A DNA stretch of 64,000 nt, from the NCBI GenBank assembly GCA_963666835.2, contig CAXXGO010000006.1, positions 1,504,001 to 1,568,000 on the forward strand. Reading direction: 5' to 3'. The first letter of the stretch is position 1. Each line of letters begins with the position of its first letter. The notes below the pieces were generated by a model. The model was not told the origin of the DNA and made no database searches. It was given only the letters and a program-made list of their open reading frames with translations. This DNA comes from Phycisphaerae bacterium (GTDB lineage Bacteria; Planctomycetota; Phycisphaerae; UBA1845). Below, piece by piece: positions 59,251 to 64,000 of this stretch. A program made the position numbers and the translations under genes.

Positions 59251-59260
59251 CGCGTCGGCA

Positions 59261-60682
59261 TCAAGATTCAGGTTTGCCGTCGAGGTAGAAGGGGATGTCA
59301 CTTTCTTCCATGTTGCGACTGCCATCCGGCTTCAGGATCTCCTGGCCTTTGTGGTCGCGACCGTCGAAGCCGACGCTGTACAGAAGGGCCGGATCGGCGG
59401 CCGGTAGGTAGCCGAGTTTCGCGCCGTCGGCGGAGAACGGATCTTGCGGCACCGTGTGCAGGTAGTGCGGAACGAGATCGGCAAGCTCCGCCGGTCGTTT
59501 TCGATGATCCACCTCATACAACCGGATCGCCAGAGCGACGGCAGCCATGCGCCTCCTCGCGAGAAACTCGAAGAAGGACCGCACGCTCAGTTGCACACTG
59601 GCGGAGCTAGTGCCGAATGGCGTAAACGTGATCGGGTGCGTTAGCCTGTACATCAGGTGGGCGCTGACCGGCTCATCATGAAAACGACGATCCGCCTCGC
59701 GCCAGGTTGGCTCCGCGACCGCCTCCGATGCAAGTGTGTCGCAATGTACTTCCCGCCCGATGTCCAATACCAACACGGGATGGAATGTGAAGTCCACTAT
59801 ATGCTTGAGCGGCTTGATCCCCAACAGGGAACCGAGACTCTGCGGTGCTACGGCATCAAGCAGACCGCAGGTCTCCAAAGTGTCCAAGAGCAAGGACCGA
59901 GAGCCGAGGTAAGCCTGAACCTCATTCTTTCGCGCTAACCGCTCGGACACCAGTTCGCGGACCAGCTCTTCAACTTGCTCACGCGCTGCGGGCGTTAGGG
60001 TCTCTTCGGACTCGTGCGCGCGGCCAGCGACCCTCAGGATACTGCCATACTCCTCGATCAGTCTGAACTCCATGTCCAAGTACGCTTGAGCGAGCATGGG
60101 TGATATCATCGCGGGGTGAGCACCGACCGCTTCAGTGAATGCTAGAAGGTCCCGCAGTGTAGCCACTGCGCTTGCGTGATCGCCGGTTCGGAAACTGTGA
60201 GCAGCGACAAACCACAGGAACCTCGCAAAAGAGAGCTGTCGGTGGGCGCTTAATACTCCCGCTGTGGGTTGTCCAAGTTTCTTGGTCCACGCCACGTCCG
60301 GCAGTTGCCGAGCCTGGCGAACAAGGGCGAGCACCTCGGCGTTGCTCTCCATCAGCTCCCGCGCGTCGGAAGCGTTCTTCTCGAAGCTGCTCGGCTCGTA
60401 GAAGAACGTGGAGGCGTCGATGCCGGACGCCGTCGTTGGGACATACTTGTCCATCGCTTTCTCGAGCAGGACCGCGGCGTTGCGGCTTTCCTCAACGGCA
60501 TCCAACTGGGCGTTGAATTCCGCTGCGTAGACAAGCTGACCGGCCGCCCGGTATTGCTCGATCTGCCGGGCCAGCCGTTGGTTCGCCGCGAACCCCCAGA
60601 GTCCCCGCAGCAGGATCAGACCCACTACGATGAGGCCGGTGCCGATGGCGAGTCGCCTCCGCCACGTGAGCCGGCGTCTCAT
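59261..60682 (-). CDS. Membrane-anchored hypothetical protein with a pseudopilin/GspG-like C-terminal motif
   Basis: N-terminal TM segment; C-terminal LAIRLY...P..LADLVPHYL..VPQDPFS...LYSVGFDGRD; start uncertain because the frame stays open further upstream. Confidence 0.65.
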   Translation of the reverse strand: MRRRLTWRRRLAIGTGLIVVGLILLRGLWGFAANQRLARQIEQYRAAGQLVYAAEFNAQLDAVEESRNAAVLLEKAMDKYVPTTASGIDASTFFYEPSSFEKNASDARELMESNAEVLALVRQARQLPDVAWTKKLGQPTAGVLSAHRQLSFARFLWFVAAHSFRTGDHASAVATLRDLLAFTEAVGAHPAMISPMLAQAYLDMEFRLIEEYGSILRVAGRAHESEETLTPAAREQVEELVRELVSERLARKNEVQAYLGSRSLLLDTLETCGLLDAVAPQSLGSLLGIKPLKHIVDFTFHPVLVLDIGREVHCDTLASEAVAEPTWREADRRFHDEPVSAHLMYRLTHPITFTPFGTSSASVQLSVRSFFEFLARRRMAAVALAIRLYEVDHRKRPAELADLVPHYLHTVPQDPFSADGAKLGYLPAADPALLYSVGFDGRDHKGQEILKPDGSRNMEESDIPFYLDGKPES

Positions 60683-60943
60683 CCGAGAAAGGGAGCTGGG
60701 TCTGCGCGGTTTACCGCCGGCGGTACCGTGAGACGCCTGCGGTGAACCGCCTGTACCGTTGTCCAACGAACCGTCAGTTGGCGAGCCGCTGTTCGACGTC
60801 GATTCGTCTGAGCTGTTCTCGGTGGTATCGATGTTGTCCCGTCCTGCGAGCTTCGTGTTCGTGGATCCCAGTCTACTCGGTATTCCAGAAAGCGAAAACT
60901 CTGTTGTCTTTCCTCGCCGGGTGGCCCACGTTGTCTTGGACTC

Positions 60944-61059
60944 AGCTGGTAGGGCACGGTCGAGGTACGAGACCTGCCACAAAGGCGCGCATCGCGCGAA
61001 GATCACGGCAGGTCTCGTTCCTCGACGCTGCCCTACACCCGCCTACGTCGCCCCGCAGC
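60944..61059 (+). repeat. Solo REPIN unit of the 175-bp array family
   Basis: Near-identical to the units at 55081-55550. Confidence 0.85.
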
Positions 61060-61363
61060 TTCCTGCAGGCACGATGCCTTCCGCGTGGCCCGTCCTCTTG
61101 GCCTTAGCGCGCGTCCCGCCCAGTCAAGAATCGCCCAACCCAAAGTCAACAGGACGCGGGGGAGCCGATGATGAACGGTGTCAACCGCTCCGATGTATTG
61201 TCGTCCCGTCAACGATCATCGGGTCCCCCACGTCCAGCGTGCGTTGCCCAGTGTGTTTCGCGGTATATCGAAGCAGACGCCAGGTTCAATAGGACATGGG
61301 CCACCCAACGCCGCGCTGTCGAACGCCACGGGTCAACAACTCACCCACCCATCTGGGTGCCGG

Positions 61364-61543
61364 TTATTCACCGTTCGGCATGCTGTCGTGCTTGTCAGGC
61401 GTACGCCGCTTTCGGCGGGCGGCTTCTCGGAGGATATACTCGATCTGGGCGTTCAGGCTGCGCAGTTCGTCCTTGGCCCACCGGTTCAGCTCGTCGAGCA
61501 AGTCCGGGGGAAGACGCAAGAGGAATGACTTTCGCTGAGCCAT
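61364..61543 (-). CDS. Small Arc/ribbon-helix-helix DNA-binding protein (59 aa; not in the ORF track)
   Basis: MAQRKSFLLRLPPDLLDELNRWAKDELRSLNAQIEYILREAARRKRRTPDKHDSMPNGE; FLLR beta-ribbon and RSLNAQIE helix; lies downstream of the SPFH gene. Confidence 0.85.
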   Translation of the reverse strand: MAQRKSFLLRLPPDLLDELNRWAKDELRSLNAQIEYILREAARRKRRTPDKHDSMPNGE

Positions 61544-61706
61544 GCTATCACCCGTTACCGGCTTCAGCGCCGCGAGCCCCGAGCTTCACGCCCGGGGCTC
61601 TCTTTCCGCCGCACGCCCGTATATCGCAATCCGGTTCGGGCACGCTGACTCACATTATGACGCTCTTATGGCACTATATTCGCCACCCTATGCCGCGCGT
61701 CCGAAC

Positions 61707-62606
61707 CTAGCTATAGAGTGTTCCCGCGTTGACCACCGGGTGGGCAGCCTTGTCGCCGCACAGGACGACGAGCAGGTTGCTGACCATTGCGGCCTTGCGC
61801 TCCTCGTCGAGGTCGATGGTCTTGTGCTCCTCGAGTTTCTCCAGAGCCATCTCCACCATACCGACCGCTCCGTCGACGATCCGCTGTCGAGCCGCCACGA
61901 TCGCCTCGGCCTGCTGGCGTTGCAGCATTGCTCCGGCGATCTCCGGTGCGTAGGCCAGGTGCGCTATGCGCGCTTCCTCCACCAACACACCCGCTCGAGC
62001 CACGCGGTTCTGCACCTCTTTCTCCAGACCCTCCGATACTTCATCCACGCTACCCCGCAGGGACAGTTCCTCAGCCTCGAACGTGTCGTACGAGTACGAC
62101 ATGGCTAAGTGACGCAGAGCCGCCTCGCTTTGAACGGTGATGTAGTCCTCGTAGTCTTCGACATCGAACACCGCCTTGGCCGTGTCGACCACTCGCCACA
62201 CGATAACCAGAGCGATCTCGATCGGATTACCCCGCAGGTCGTTGACCTTGAGCTTCTCGCCGTTGAGGTTGTGCGACCGGAGCGAGACTTTCTCCTTCAT
62301 CAACAGCGGGTTGGCCCAGCGGAATCCGCTGGTCTGTTCGGTGCCGGTATATTTCCCGAACAGAATCAGCACCGCGGCCATGTTCGGCTGCAACGTAAAG
62401 AACCCGAACAGCATTACGACCCACACCAGCACGGCCAGCGCACAAGCCACGATGGCGACCACATGGGTGGCCGTCACCGGCTGCGCCGCATTGGCAGAGC
62501 TGACGGCCAAGTAGCTTAAGTACCCCAGCCCCACACCCACCAGCAAGAGAATCGTGAGCATCCCCCAACCGCCGAACGTCGTAGTCTTCAGTTCCTTCGT
62601 TTCCAT
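61707..62606 (-). CDS. SPFH/Band 7 domain membrane protein
   Basis: Two TM helices; [39 protein letters not shown] and [20 protein letters not shown]. Confidence 0.9.
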   Translation of the reverse strand: METKELKTTTFGGWGMLTILLLVGVGLGYLSYLAVSSANAAQPVTATHVVAIVACALAVLVWVVMLFGFFTLQPNMAAVLILFGKYTGTEQTSGFRWANPLLMKEKVSLRSHNLNGEKLKVNDLRGNPIEIALVIVWRVVDTAKAVFDVEDYEDYITVQSEAALRHLAMSYSYDTFEAEELSLRGSVDEVSEGLEKEVQNRVARAGVLVEEARIAHLAYAPEIAGAMLQRQQAEAIVAARQRIVDGAVGMVEMALEKLEEHKTIDLDEERKAAMVSNLLVVLCGDKAAHPVVNAGTLYS

Positions 62607-62818
62607 CGTAAGCGTTCTCCTATAGCATTGTGATATAAGAAATATACCACATCAGTTGCACCAACGCCAGGAGAATCTCGCCTTTTTCCGCGGAATCGAC
62701 ATTGTCTTTCTAAGGAAGAGTCAGGTTCTGCGCCGAAAAGAACGGTTCTGCGCTCGATACATAGCGCAAACCGCCTCCGCACGCCCTCTAAAACCCGTCT
62801 CGCGAGAGCGTCCGGACC

Positions 62819-64000
62819 CTATCCATGAAAGGCATGTCCCGGTCAAGTATAAAACATTCCCATTCGGCCCGGCTGCTTGCTGATTCGGCAGGCAACGGGG
62901 CTGTTCGATTGGGGTCAATCCGATTATCCTGGCGTTGTCTTGCGAGAGGGTAGGGCAACGCAGGAGTGCGACCCGAGCGCCCGCAAGACCCGAGGGCAGA
63001 CTCTTGACGACCTGGTCAAGGGCAGGGGCGTCCATCGTAGCTGGTGGACGCCTCTTATCATATGTTCTGCAGTCTGCTCTTGGTCCAAAGCGATAAACTC
63101 CGGGGGTCTGGGGGCAGCGCCCCCAGTTCCGCCGTAGGCGGGAAAGCCCGACCCCGCGGGCGTTTCCCAGTGTCTTTCTCGTATCTGTCTCGTCCGTGTA
63201 CCGGTTCGGACTAGATCTCTCGATCGGTCCATCTATCCATTCGCGCTACCGCTTGCCTGCCGACATAACAACATGATGTCGATCCGATGCCACCATGGGA
63301 CACCGGGCGCGGGGTCGCATGATCTCGTCCGGTACGGGCGGCCCATTTACTACGAGGCCTGGAGCCGTCTTCTCAGACAGCAACGACCATAGGGTCCTCG
63401 GGCTGGCCCGTTCCCGGACGAGATTTCTTTCGAAGTCGCTTCCTTGCCGTTCTTGCCGGACGGCGTTTCTTTGATGCTGTCCGTGGACGATCCGGCGGAT
63501 CGTCCATGTAGTCGATCTCCTTTTTCCACATCACGTGTACCACACGCGTCAAATCGTGAGCCACGGTGATGTAGCCGCGATTGCGGTCCTTCTTCCCCCC
63601 GTCTGTGCGTCGGTCAAAGATCTCCCGAAAACGCTTATCCTTCCGTACTGCGCCGCGGGCGGCCTCGATAAACGCCCATTTCAGCGTACGGCGACCGATC
63701 CGTCCCACATGCCGCCCCTTGGGTGTCTCATCGTCCTCATCACCGCTGTCGTCCGCGCGCGGAGCCAACAAGGCGTACGAAGCCAAGTGTTTCCGGTTTG
63801 GGAATCGGCTGATTCGTCCGATCTCCGCCAGAATCGTATACGCCAAAACCACGTCAATCCCCGGGATCGTACGCAAGCGTTCGCCGTTTGGATCCTTCTT
63901 GAGCTCCCGGCGAATTTCTCGCGTGACCCGTGCAATCTGGCGACGCACATGATCGAGCAATTGCAGATACCCCTTCAACGCAGCCTTCGCGCTGGCTCGA
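62819..64000 (-). mobile_element. IS110-family element, partial (runs off the window), with a long 3' non-coding end
   Basis: Transposase C-terminus plus about 550 nt of structured downstream sequence ending in CTTGACC...TTTCATGGATAG on the minus strand; the right boundary is inferred. Confidence 0.65.
63373..64000 (-). CDS. IS110-family transposase/recombinase, C-terminal part
   Basis: LRTIPGID...AYTILAEIG..SRF...HLASYALLAP....SG (conserved Ser), G.RTLKWAFIEAA; 5' part lies outside the window. Confidence 0.9.
   Translation of the reverse strand, partial: RASAKAALKGYLQLLDHVRRQIARVTREIRRELKKDPNGERLRTIPGIDVVLAYTILAEIGRISRFPNRKHLASYALLAPRADDSGDEDDETPKGRHVGRIGRRTLKWAFIEAARGAVRKDKRFREIFDRRTDGGKKDRNRGYITVAHDLTRVVHVMWKKEIDYMDDPPDRPRTASKKRRPARTARKRLRKKSRPGTGQPEDPMVVAV

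Overview
GC-rich bacterial chromosomal DNA. It most likely comes from a Planctomycetota (Phycisphaerae-like) genome; this is inferred from the Cys-rich dockerin-type secreted proteins, the ECF sigma/Ser-Thr kinase pair, the PEP-CTERM protein and the CPxCxYxLRG zinc-ribbon membrane protein. Housekeeping and envelope genes include gpsA, wzm/wzt-type ABC exporter genes with a GT4 glycosyltransferase, pyrB, an acyl-CoA ligase, an oppD/dppD-like ATPase, an SPFH gene with a small Arc-like partner, and tRNA-Pro(CGG). These are interleaved with large secreted or surface-protein genes and many REP-like palindromic mosaics. Main points of interest: (1) an intact archaeal-type gatE-gatD Glu-tRNA(Gln) amidotransferase operon in a bacterium; (2) a five-gene selenium cassette ending in a selD with an in-frame UGA and a SECIS-like hairpin, bracketed by 69-bp direct repeats that carry tRNA-fMet-like sequence; (3) a complete group II intron inserted into one copy of a 178-bp tandem repeat, whose EBS1/IBS1 pairing indicates a non-canonical GAAAGCG 5' end; (4) an HUH/Y1 transposase with GGGGGACAC terminal repeats that may bracket a Notum/pectin-acetylesterase-like cargo gene; (5) an IS4 element with a 9-bp TSD inside a 175-bp REP array; (6) a partial IS110-family element with a long 3' non-coding end that could encode a bridge RNA; (7) several dockerin-like and possibly cohesin-like secreted proteins. 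All product calls come from motif recognition by eye; no database searches were run.
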